Source of the DNA: Macrostomum lignano | Lineage: Eukaryota | Reading direction: 5' to 3' | Length of the DNA: 64,000 bases | Assembly: GCA_002269645.1 (NCBI GenBank) | Contig: NIVC01000735.1 | Span: 248,001 to 312,000 of the forward strand | Shown here: in pieces, positions 13,401-25,400 of the stretch | Layout: each line of letters begins with the position of its first letter | Position numbering within the stretch: the stretch's first letter is position 1 | The notes under the pieces: model-generated | The model's input: the letters and a program-made list of their open reading frames with translations, nothing else | Told to the model about the DNA's origin: nothing | The model's database searches: none | Translations under genes and position numbers: made by a program

Positions 13401-16400
13401 TAGATATCAGGGTAGATATTAGATATCATAGTAGATATTAGATATCAGAGTAGATATTATATATCAGATTAGATATTAGATATCAGAGTAGATATTAGAT
13501 ATCAGAGTAGATATTAGATATCAGGGTTGATATTAGATATCAGGGTAGATATTAGATATCAGAGTAGATATTAGATATCAGGGTTGATATTAGATATCAG
13601 GGTAGATATTAGATATCAGAGTAGATATTAGATATCAGAGTAGATATTAGATATCAGAGTAGATATTAGATATCAGAGTAGATATTAGATATCAGAGTAG
13701 ATATTAGATATCAGAGTAGATATTAGATATCAGAGTAGATATTAGATATCAAAGTAGATATTAGATATCAGAGTAGAGATTAGATATCAGATTAGATATT
13801 AGATATCAGGGTAATATTAGATATCAGGGTATTAGATATCAGAGTAGATATTAGATATCAGAGTAGATATTAGATATCAGAGTAGATATTAGACATCAGA
13901 GTAGATCTACCGCAGTTCACCGGGCAGAAGAGCTGGACATTCGCACAGTTCGATAACCAACCCAGTGTTAGGTATTACATGGAATGTCAATCTGTCACGA
14001 GATAAACTGCGTAAACATATCCAGGATGTCCTGGTCCTGGCCAGAGCTTAATTCTAACAAGACTGCATAAACAAAGGAAGTGAATTGGAAACTTTTCAAT
14101 TTCCTGGAATCCGGCAGGCGGAGTCAGGGAGGACTCGTGACCCCCCCCTCTCTGGCTCCGCCGCCGCAGTTATAAACTGGCAGAGTATATTTTCAGTCAT
14201 ATTTACAGTCTGGCTAGTTTCATCTCCATGGAGATGATGCGCCAGAGTTATAGCGCAGGCAACTGTACATTGGGGGATGAATAGCCCACACAGGGATATT
14301 GTTAATCAGTATTTAGCATCCTTGAGGTACGCTATTTATAGCTAACAGGGATAATTGAATTTGCTTTTCTGTACAAAATTAGCGGATTATATAGTATTTA
14401 CAATCAGATTCACTGCCAATAGAGAACAGTGGTGAGGTGAATTGCATGGCGGCTGACGGCATAGCTCAGGAGGTATTTAGCTGGGTTGTCAGGATAAATC
14501 CATTATAGTGGAAAATAAATGTATAAATGTAAATATATATATATATATATACTTGTAGTGAGCGATATATCGAGGTGGCTTCACATTGGCGTTTATCACA
14601 ATTTAACCAGAGCAACGCATTCTGACTAATCACATCTATATACATCGGATTTCTCCATGGCACTGTACAGGTGTTGATTATGTACAACTGGGGACACCAG
14701 GCGTTATGTACAGACATCTAAACTTGCATTTACAGTTTGTATTGCCATCTCGCATTAGAGACTTGGATTGATTGTGTTGCTGGACTGTAGGCTACTCCCG
14801 GCTGGCATCAGGACTGGATGCAGCTCAGGAGGCTGTACCGTCGCCTTGGCAACGGCAGCGACTGCAGGGCCTCGCTGGCCACCTGCGGCGACACTTTGGG
14901 TAACCGAGTCTCCCTGGAGCTCTGCGCCTCGGCATAGAAGTCGAACAGGCCGCGCTTGCCAGCACAGGCGACGTGGCCATTGGCGAAGATGACGTTGTCC
15001 TTGAACTTGACGCAGTTCTCCTCCGAGTGCGGATCGGACTTGCTGGGCCGATCGGGTCGCGCTCCGTACAGAAACAGCTTGGGCCTGCGGGTTCGAGTTG
15101 GTTTTGCCAGCTTAGCCATGCAAGTACAGGCTTGGGGTAGCTGAGCTTGAAGGCTGTAGGGAGGGCAATTCTCACCTGATCCTCGCAACGAGCTCCTCGT
15201 ACATGGAATTCGTGGGAATCGACGGTGCCACGAACACATCAACGTCGTCCGGGATGTTCGACCAAATTGTTTTGAGCTCGGCGTGCGACTTCACGAAGCC
15301 TCGGCCGTCGATGCCGCGCCTGCTGACGGTCCAGGGCGTGCCGTAGAACCGGACGCCCTCGATGACGCAGCTGGAGTCCTGCAGGTAGATGCAGTTGGGC
15401 AGCAGCGCCTGAAGCTTTTCGCGCGACTCCCCGTCGAAGATTTCGTTGGGCCCGGCCACGAAGATTTTGTACTTGTGAGGCATCTTGGCAAAGAACGCAT
15501 CGATGGCCTTGATCTGGCTATGGAATTCGCTATCCTTGAAGAAGTGCTTGCTGAACTGGTAGTTGTTGAGGTTGCCACAGTGCACCAGCACGTCGGCCTC
15601 GTAGATGGAGGAGGCGCCTTTGTCGTCAACCTCGCACGTGTCGCTAATGTGAGCGATGCGCAGGAATGGCGACTTGATGTTCGGGCTGCCCACAACGTAC
15701 ACCTGCGGCTGCATGAATAGGTGGTTCGGCTGTTGTTGGCGTTGCTTTTTGCTGCCGCGCTGCTGGCGCTGCCCGATCAGGCGCTTCAGATGTCTGCCGA
15801 GCTGGCTGCCTCCGCTGCTGAGTTTCTGCTGCTGTGCTGTGGGGGGATTGATCAGGCCGCTGCCTTGACTATGGAACAGTTGAACACTGCCGCTCATGCT
15901 CGCATGGCCTGCCAATGTTTGCCAGTTACTTATTTGCTATATGTTCTGTTTGTTGCAGACTTAGGTGGATTAAATTAGCCGCTGAGACGGGACCGATACG
16001 CAAATCTGCTAGCACAATTTATATACTAAACGCGGACGCTTCGAGTACGGCTTGTTTTCGAGACTGAAAATGTTTGGCTCGGATCTCCAACTCTTCTTGC
16101 TTTTGTGGGCCCCGGTGGGCGGGCGAGGGGTTGGCCGTCTGGGAAGCACGTGATTCTCCGCCTTGTCCCGAGGGCGTTGGCCCGGGCTCCAACACACACG
16201 CTCACACACACTGTTATACAAACGCCCCCTCATCCAACGCCCCAGCCAATGGCGTGCGTTCGGCCTTTACGACCCCAGACAGTCACATGGTCTGCCGGTC
16301 ACGGGGGAGAGGGGCGGCCCACCCCAGCTCCTCTCCACTCCAGCTCCACTTCAATACAGGCTGCGTGACGCAAACGCCCCCCCCCCAGCCCCCAACCCTT

Positions 16401-19400
16401 CCGCTTTAGCCATCTCGCCTAGTTCGCCTCTTCAGTTTGCATCTCGGTGTTCTGGGCTGCTCTATTTTTAGACCCACGCGTCTGGGCCACATCGCTACTC
16501 CCCCTCTACCCCACCCCCCCTCCTCCCTTCCACTCTCTTCCTCGTCTCTCGGGTCACGAGGGAAATTCAGTCCCCTAAACCCCCCCCCCCCTGTTCCTTT
16601 CCCCGGCCATGCATGATTCACACGCATTCCGTCCGCCTGCCCCTTATCGGTACATTGTGATTCCCGCCAAAGGCCCAGTGAGAGACGCAGAGAGGGCAGT
16701 CCTGCGAAGCCGAACTTCTCTATTGGCACACGACGCAGATTATGGCACAGTCTTGCCAAGGTTTGCTTGCCCTTTTCTCTTTTTCTCTCTTCCTGTTGTT
16801 GCCTCATTCTCCCTGCCTTGGTTGGTTTCGCCATTTCTCCACCGAAGTGAAGAAAAACAGCTGCCTTGAAATGTCCCAATTTTAGTGACAAACAAATGAA
16901 AATAAAACCGCCGCATAGTATAATACTGATAGTTCCAGGGATTAAGCGAGAGGCTCCCCTCCCTCCAGAGGGCATAGCACAGGACAGCAGTGCGCCTGCA
17001 CTCAGCACAGCACGCAGTAGTTGTGGTTTGCCAACCGATCCCCGGAGCCTCAGTAACTACCCGAATCCGAAGGAATCTTAAATGCCAGCATTTAGAAGTA
17101 AGCAGTGATAATACAGGATGCAGATCAATCGGCATTATAAACGGATTTGTACCTTGCGCTGTATAGTCATCGCTGGATTAGTGCGCGCGTACTTTATTGA
17201 GCTAAGGCGATTGAGTTACGGCTGTGGAGTGCTGAGGGGGAGACGAGGGGAGAGACAGGAGGGCGGGTGCGCTGGCCTGCCATGGCGACCATGGCTTTGT
17301 TTGATTTAAGTCTCCCTGGTCCCTGCATGTGCAGCGTGAACTCTACCTTCCCGCTCCCACACTCGCAGCGCATGCATTCTATCACACGTTGAGAGATGTC
17401 TGACATGTGAGGGACAGGCTTGGGGCTGGGTAACTCAGGTGGGGCAAGAGCCAATCCTTTTACTTGGAGTTTGGCAGAAGTTCAAAGCAATAGTGTAGGC
17501 TTTAAGCAAAGAGTGAATTCTAAAGAAAAACTGACTGCTGCCTGCCTCCCGCTCCAACCTCTCTCCCCATTTCAGCTCCACTCGGAGTCCGAGAAACGGA
17601 CACCGATAGAAAAACTTTCACGCAAATGTCAGCGCTTTTTATACGAGCGTTTTCGCACTTTTGCTCCCCCGCAGAGCGGTGGGGGACTGGGGGAAGGTGA
17701 CGTTTTTGACAGATTTCCAGGAAACACTCGGGGGATTTTTCGCGCCTCACTTGACGCAGGCTTGACTTGGAGTGGGTGGCCCTGCCGTGTCAGCTGGCCT
17801 CTCTCTGGCTGACTTCTGTGCATTCGCCTTCTGCGCTCTCCAAAGCCTGCGTTAGCTCCGGCTCTACTCAAAAGTCACAAGTTCTTGGTGTTGCATTCCT
17901 GCATTCCAGCAACTGAGTGGGAGGGCCGAGAGGGACAGAGAGAGAGAGTTTATCTTTCCTCTCAAGTAGAAGAAACTTTGTGCCATGCAGCAGTGAGTGG
18001 CGTAACCCGAATATTCAGCAGCAAGCAGTGAGAACAAGCTGCCCAGCCCCCCCCCCCCCCCCCAGCTCAGCGATTACAAGCGATAAGCGGTCGCTCACGT
18101 GACTGACTCACTTCTGTTAGCAGCTGCTGCGGTGGCCTCTCCCTCCCTGCCTCTCTGTCTCTCTTTCAGAAGAACTCGAACGGTCGAACCTGATGCAGCT
18201 GTGGCTGTCTGATCTGAGCAGAGCTGAGCTGAGCAGCTGGGAGTTCTATGCGCCAGTGTCCGGGGATCCCAATGGATGCCAATCGGCGCCCATCCATCAC
18301 CCGGCGGCCGCCTGTCAAACCGGGGCTCCCCGGGCCTTGCAGTGTTTATGCAAATTGCCTCCCCCCGTCTGAGTTTCTGTCTGCAGTTGAGACCGCTTAC
18401 CCATCGCTTTGCTTCCCCTCACTTGCACAGCCTCCTCCCCTCCGCTCCATCCGCTAGATATCGAGTGCGGTTGTTGGTTGGCTGCCTGCCAGACCGGCTA
18501 TTCGACCGCAGTTTATGTTGACTCACAATTAACCCGTCTGGCATCCGGGATCCTTCGTCGGCGTGTTTACGCTGGGCAGGTCAACAACAATATGCATATT
18601 CATAACCCCCCCCAGTCTGCTCTCCCCTTTGCCCGCTTCTGCTTCTGCTCAATTTCCCCATCTCTGAGCGCCTGCTTTTTGCCTATTTTTTCCGGCTTTC
18701 TTATCTCCCTTCTTGTCTGCGAGATGGCCGGCTGACAGCCCGGCTGGGTCCTCGCTTATCTGCCACTGCTAGGCTGAGCTCCTGCTGTGGCTGACCGCTT
18801 CGGCCTCTGACTGTTACTGTCCGTCTCTCAGTCCTCTCTCTGTGTCCCCTCCATCTCCCTTTCCCTCTCCCTGTCTCCCTACTCTCCCCCTATCCGTCTA
18901 CCCTGTCTAACCTCTCCCTCTCCCTGTCTCCCTACTCTCCCCCTATCCGTCTACCCTGTCTAACCTCTCCCTCTCCCTGTCTCCCTACTCTCCCCTATCC
19001 GTCTACCCTGTCTAACCTCTCCCTCTCCCTGTCTCCCTACTCTCCCCCTATCCGTCTACCCTGTCTAACCTCTCCCTCTCCCTGTCTCCCTACTCTCCCC
19101 CCCTATCCGTCTACCCTGTCTAACCTCTCCCTCTCCCTGTCTCCCTACTCTCCCCCCTATCCGTCTACCCTGTCTAACCTCTCCCTCTCCCTGTCTTCTA
19201 CTCCCCCCTATCCGTCTACCCTGTCTAACCTCTCCCTCTCCCTCTCCCTGTCTACCTACTCCCCCCTATCCGTCTACTCTGTCTAACCTCTCCCTCTCCC
19301 TGTCTCCCTACTCTCCCCCCCTATCCGTCTACCCTGTCTAACCTCTCCCTCTCCCTGTCTCCCTACTCTCCCCCCCTATCCGTCTACCCTGTCTAACCTC

Positions 19401-22400
19401 TCCCTCTCCCTGTCTTCTACTCCCCCCTATCCGTCTACCCTGTCTAACCTCTCCCTCTCCCTCTCCCTGTCTCCCTACTCCCCCCTATCCGTCTACTCTG
19501 TCTAACCTCTCCCTCTCTCTGTCTCCCTACTCCCCCCTATCCGTCTACTCTGTCTAACCTCTTCCTCTCCCTGTCTCCCTACTCCCCCCTATCCGTCTAC
19601 CCTGTCTAACCTCTCCCTCTCTCTGTCTCCCTACTCCCCCCTATCCGTCTACTCTGTCTAACCTCTCCCTCTCCCTGTCTTCTACTCCCCCCTATCCGTC
19701 TACCCTGTCTAACCTCTCCCTCTCTCTGTCTCCCTACTCTCCCCCTATCCGTCTACCCTGTCTAACCTCTCCCTCTCCCTGTCTCCCTACTCTCCCCCTA
19801 TTCGTCTACCCTGTCTAACCTCTCCCTCTCTCTGTCTCCCTACTCTCCCCCTATCCGTCTACCCTGTCTAACCTCTCCCTCTCTCTGTCTCCCTACTCTC
19901 CCCCTATCCGTCTACCCTGTCTAACCTCTCCCTCTCTCTGTCTCCCTACTCTCCCCCTATCCGTCTACCCTGTCTAACCTCTCCCTCTCTCTGTCTCCCT
20001 ACTCTCCCCCTATCCGTCTACCCTGTCTAACCTCTCCCTCTTTTTTTGAAGCGCTACTGTCTTGAATTCAGCATTGAATGATTCAGCTTCAGCTGACACA
20101 CTCATTGCATGACCCTAGGGGTATTTAAATACTCGTAGTTTTTTCTTGCTGCAAGCTGTTGCTGCCGGCTGCTTTTCCCGTCTCGTTCTCTTAACTAAGG
20201 CGCTCTCCCAGCCCCAGAGCTGTAAGCTCAACTGAAGGTCATTTCGCGGTCCGCGGTTAGAGCCCCAGTCGCCCACTCAGGGTGTCGCATGCAGCAGATG
20301 AGAATGCGAAAGCTGCTTTATTCGCGGAATTCTACACTGTCCATGTCTTGCAGGGGGGGGGGTGTCTGTCACTTTGAGCCGCGACCGCCCTGACTTCCAG
20401 GTCAATCAGTCGTTCTCTAACTCGATGTGCAATTTTTTGTTGTATTTTACTGGCTCTGACGACTCGGCTTCAGTATGGGAATCTAGCGGACCTTCAATAA
20501 AGATCTTCTAGTATAAGGGGGGGGGGCTCTATGTCTTTTGGTTAGGAGGGGGGTATCTGAGTCCGGTTCTCGAGCGTCACAGTCCCAGATAGTGTGACTC
20601 TGCCGGAGCTCGGGCTTCCAGTTGCTGTCTGAATGCCAGCACTGCGCTGCTAATCCTGGGCTCCCCAGACTGTCTGTCTTGCACGCACCAGGCACTGCCC
20701 CCCGGCCACACCCCCTCGATAATGCAGACCCAGTTGTTTAAACCCTCCACTGCTGTGAGCTGGCCTCAGACTGCACCCCGTTTGCCCCTATTGACTTGGG
20801 CTGCCTCAGTTCCTTTTATAGCTCAGTCATGCAGTTTGAGCTGGCTATGAGTCCGGCTCAGCGGTTGAGACTGGGATTGACTATGTTTATTGTGCTCTGG
20901 AGTGCCCGGGTGCTAGCAGGGGTGCCAGGATGCGCTCTGGAGTGCCCGGGTGCTAGCAGGGGTGCCAGGATGCGCTCTGGAGTGCCCGGGTGCTAGCAGG
21001 GGTGCCAGGATGTGCTCTGGAGTGCCCGGGTGCTAGCAGGGGTGCCAGGATGTGCTCTGGAGTGCCCGGGTGCTAGCAGGAGTGCCAGGATGCGCTTTGG
21101 AGTGCCCGGGTGCTAGCAGGGGTGCCAGGATGCGCTTTGGAGTGCCCGGGTGCTAGCAGGAGTGCCAGGATGCGCTTTGGAGTGCCCGGGTGCTAGCAGG
21201 GGTGCCAGGATGCGCTTTGGAGTGCCCGGGTGCTAGCAGGGGTGCCAGGATGCGCTTTGGAGTGCCCGGGTGCTAGCAGGGGTGCCAGGATGCGCTCTGG
21301 AGTGCCCGGGTGCTAGCAGGAGTGCCAGGATGCGCTTTGGAGTGCCCGGGTGCTAGCAGGGGTGCCAGGATGCGCTCGGAGTGCCCGGGTGCTAGCAGGA
21401 GTGCCAGGATGCGCTCTGGAGTGCCCGGGTGCTAGCAGGGGTGCCAGGATGCGCTTTGGAGTGCCCGGGTGCTAGCAGGGGTGCTAGGATACGCTCTGGA
21501 GTGCCCGGGTGCTAGCAGGGGTGCCAGGATACGCTCTGGAGTGCCCGGGTGCTAGCAGGGGTGCCAGGATGCGCTCTGGAGTGCCCGGGTGCTAGCAGGG
21601 GTGCCAGGATGCGCTCTGGAGTGCCCGGGTGCTAGCAGGAGTGCCAGGATGTGCTCTGGAGTGCCCGGGTGCTAGCAGGGGTGCCAGGATGCGCTCTGGA
21701 GTGCCCGGGTGCTAGCAGGGGTGCCAGGATGCGCTCTGGAGTGCCCGGGTGCTAGCAGGAGTGCCAGGATGTGCTCTGGAGTGCCCGGGTGCTAGCAGGG
21801 ATGCCTGAGATGCGCTCTGGAGTGCCCGGGTGCTAGCAGGGGTGCCAGGATGTGCTCTGGAGTGCCCGGGTGCTAGCAGGGGTGCCAGGATGTGCTCTGG
21901 AGTGCCCGGGTGCTAGCAGGGGTGCCAGGATGTGCTCTGGAGTGCCCGGGTGCTAGCAGGGGTGCCAGGATGCGCTCTGGAGTGCCCGGGTGCTAGCAGG
22001 GGTGCCTGAGATGCGCTCTGGAGTGCCCGGGTGCTAGCAGGGGTGCCAGGATGTGCTCTGGAGTGCCCGGGTGCTAGCAGGGGTGCCAGGATGCGCTCTG
22101 GAGTGCCCGGGTGCTAGCAGGGGTGCCAGGATGCGCTCTGGAGTGCCCGGGTGCTAGCAGGGGTGCCAGGATACGCTCTGGAGTGCCCGGGTGCTAGCAG
22201 GGGTGCCAGGATGTGCTCTGGAGTGCCCGGGTGCTAGCAGGGGTGCCAGGATGCGCTCTGGAGTGCCCGGGTGCTAGCAGGGGTGCCAGGATGCGCTTTG
22301 GAGTACCCGGGTGCTAGCAGGGGTGCCAGGATGCGCTTTGGAGTGCCCGGGTGCTAGCAGGGGTGCTAGGATACGCTCTGGAGTGCCCGGGTGCTAGCAG

Positions 22401-25400
22401 GGGTGCCAGGATACGCTCTGGAGTGCCCGGGTGCTAGCAGGGGTGCCAGGATGCGCTCTGGAGTGCCCGGGTGCTAGCAGGGGTGCCAGGATGTGCTCTG
22501 GAGTGCCCGGGTGCTAGCAGGGGTGCCAGGATACGCTCTGGAGTGCCCGGGTGCTAGCAGGGGTGCCAGGATGTGCTCTGGAGTGCCCGGGTGCTAGCAG
22601 GGGTGCCAGGATACGCTCTGGAGTGCCCGGGTGCTAGCAGGGATGCCTGAGATGCGCTCTGGAGTGCCCGGGTGCTAGCAGGGGTGCCAGGATACGCTCT
22701 GGAGTGCCGGGGTGCTAGCAGGGGTGCCAGGATACGCTCTGGAGTGCCGGGGTGCTATCAGGGGTGCCTGAGATGCGCAGGGCGCAGGTAAAAAGACAGG
22801 CAAAGTCCGATTTCTCCCAGTCACCGCGGTGTTTATACAGTCCTAGCCAGTGAAATGATTTCCTCTTTTTCCCAGTTTTGTGAAATCAACATTTAACAAA
22901 CTAATTTGTTTTTCGTGACCTGACAACTGAATGAATTTGAAAGTGGGGGCAGCTTTGGTGCATCCCGAACTACGAACTGCTCCCCAAATAAATGCTCCAC
23001 TTCCTCCCATTATCAGTTCCGATTAGATCGATGCCCCGGAAGCTGAGCTGTCTCAATGCGGCGGGCACCCTGGAATGCTTGGGTGTGAGCAGGCTCAGTC
23101 GGGCTCAGGTGGGCTCTCGCTAACTGATAAAAGTCAAGACTGCGCTGGGCTGCATTGCGCAACTCGAACTCGGCATTATAGATAAAGACAGGTCCAGCGG
23201 CCACTCACGCAGAGGCAAACAGATAGAATTCTCTACTGATAGAAAAGATATTGACCTCCTGACCTGTCCTCTTGTACCTCGGGTAATTGTGCACCCGCTC
23301 CAGTGGCCAGCATGGGGCCGTGAATCCGTCCACCCCGCTCCAGTGGCCAGCATGGGGCCGTGAATCCGTGCACCCGGCTCCAGTGGCCAGCATGGGGCCG
23401 TGAATCCGTGCACCCTGTTCCAGTGGCGAGCATGGAGCCGTGAATCCGTGCACCCCGCTCCAGTGGCCAGCATGGGGCCGTGAATCCGTGCACCCTGTTC
23501 TAGTGGCGAGCATGGGGCCGTGAATCCGTGCACCCCGCTCCAGTGGCCAGCATGGGGCCGTGAATCCGTGCACCCCGCTCCAGTGGCCAGCATGGGGCCG
23601 TGAATCCGTGCACCCTGTTCTAGTGGCGAGCATGGGGCCGTGAATCCGTGCACCCCGCTCCAGTGGCCAGCATGGGGCCGTGAATCCGTGCACCCCGCTC
23701 CAGTGGCCAGCATGGGGCCGTGAATCCGCGCAACCCGCTCCAGTGGCCAGCATGGGGCCGTGAATCCGTGCACCCCGCTCCAGTGGCCAGCATGGGGCCG
23801 TGAATCCGTGCACCCCGCTCCAGTGGCCAGCATGGGGCCGTGAATATGTGCACCCCGTTCCAATGGCCAGCATTGGGCCGTGAATCCGTGCACCCCGCTC
23901 CAATGGCCGTGAATCTTGATGCTACTCGATTGTCCGCCTGTCCACGCTATGCTGTTAATCCCTGATCGCCGCTTCCCTCTTCCTCCCAGCTGCTGGAGTC
24001 CTCCATCCTGGTGCTGTTCCTGTGGAAGCAGCTGGCGGTGTCGGCTGCTGTACCCGGCCGCCAGCAGAGCCGGCAGTTCGCCATCCTGGATTTGGACACC
24101 GGCTGGTGGCGCCAGGCGCCGACGTTCTTCGCGGGCCCCCCTGTGGTGAGCATGCGCCGGGCCCGATCAGTCTACTGCCTGCTCACCTGGTTCGACATGG
24201 CGGGCGGCCAGCCGCAGCTGCAGATCTGCTCCTACATGAACGGCCAGCCGGAGGGCTTCCACATGCTGCGGGAGATCCCCCTGGCCTGCCGGCCGAGCCC
24301 CGTGGAGACGGCGCTGTCCTACGATGGGGACAGGGACCGCCTGGTCGTCACCGGCCAGCAGAGCCTCCTGCTGTTCACTGGCTTCAGCGATCCGCAGCTG
24401 ATCGGGTTGTCCGCCTCGCCTGTCCGCCAGCTGCACCACGAGATCCGCCTGCTGACCGAGGAGCACCAGGTGAGCGCCGTGGCGCATTGCCCGCAGGCCG
24501 ACTGGTTCGCTGTGCGCATCCTCCAGCTGGAGCGGTCCGGCCAGAGGCGGCGCTGCTCGCAGCTCATCTCGGTGAACAAGGAGAGCCTCAGCATCCTGCC
24601 AGTGACTGACGGTAAGGACAGCGGCGCGGCTGTGTGAATCGGATTGCCCTGTTAACAGTGTAATCACCAAGCGTGTGAACTGTGTTGCTGTATGAACAGT
24701 GGGTTTCTGTTGTGAACAGCGGGTTGCTGTGTGAACAGTGGGTTGCTGTGTGAACAGTGGGTATCTGTGTGAATAGTGGGTATCTGTGTGAATAGCGGGT
24801 TGCTGTGTGAATAGCGGCTTTCTGTGTGAACAGCGGGTTGCTGTGTGAGCAACGGGGTTGCTGTATGAACAGTGGGTATCTGTGTGAACAGCGGGTAGCT
24901 GTGTGAACAGCGGGTTGCTGTGTAAACAGCGGGTTGCTGTGTGAACAGCGGGTTGCTGTGTGAACAGTGGGTATCTTTATGAATAGTGGCTTTCTGTGTG
25001 AACAGCGGGTTGCTATGTGAACAGCGGGTTGCTGTATGAACAGTGGGTATCTGTGTGAACAGCGGCTTTCTGTGAGAACAGCGATTTGCTGTGTGAATAG
25101 CGGATTGCTGTGTTAATTAATAGAAGGCTGCTATGGGATTAGTGGGCTGCCATGGCAACCGCTTTACTTCCCGAACCCGCTCCGCTCGGCCCCACCCGCA
25201 GAACTGCCAGCCGAGGTGGAGTGTCTGATAGCCGACTCCACCGGCAGCCGCCTGTTCCTGTCGCTGCGCTGGAGCCCCATCATCCGCGAGTTCGACACCG
25301 CGGCGCTGCGCTTCTCCCGCTACTTCACCCTGGCCGGCCCCGGGCCGCCAGTCGTCAGCGAAAGCCTCCTCTGCGACGCGGAGACCGCGGCCAACTGCGA

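Noticed and set aside
15154-15175. 22-nt intron using the proximal acceptor cctacag in the nested gene
   Set aside because: It is too short and does not restore the RPKL motif. The acceptor at 15085 does.
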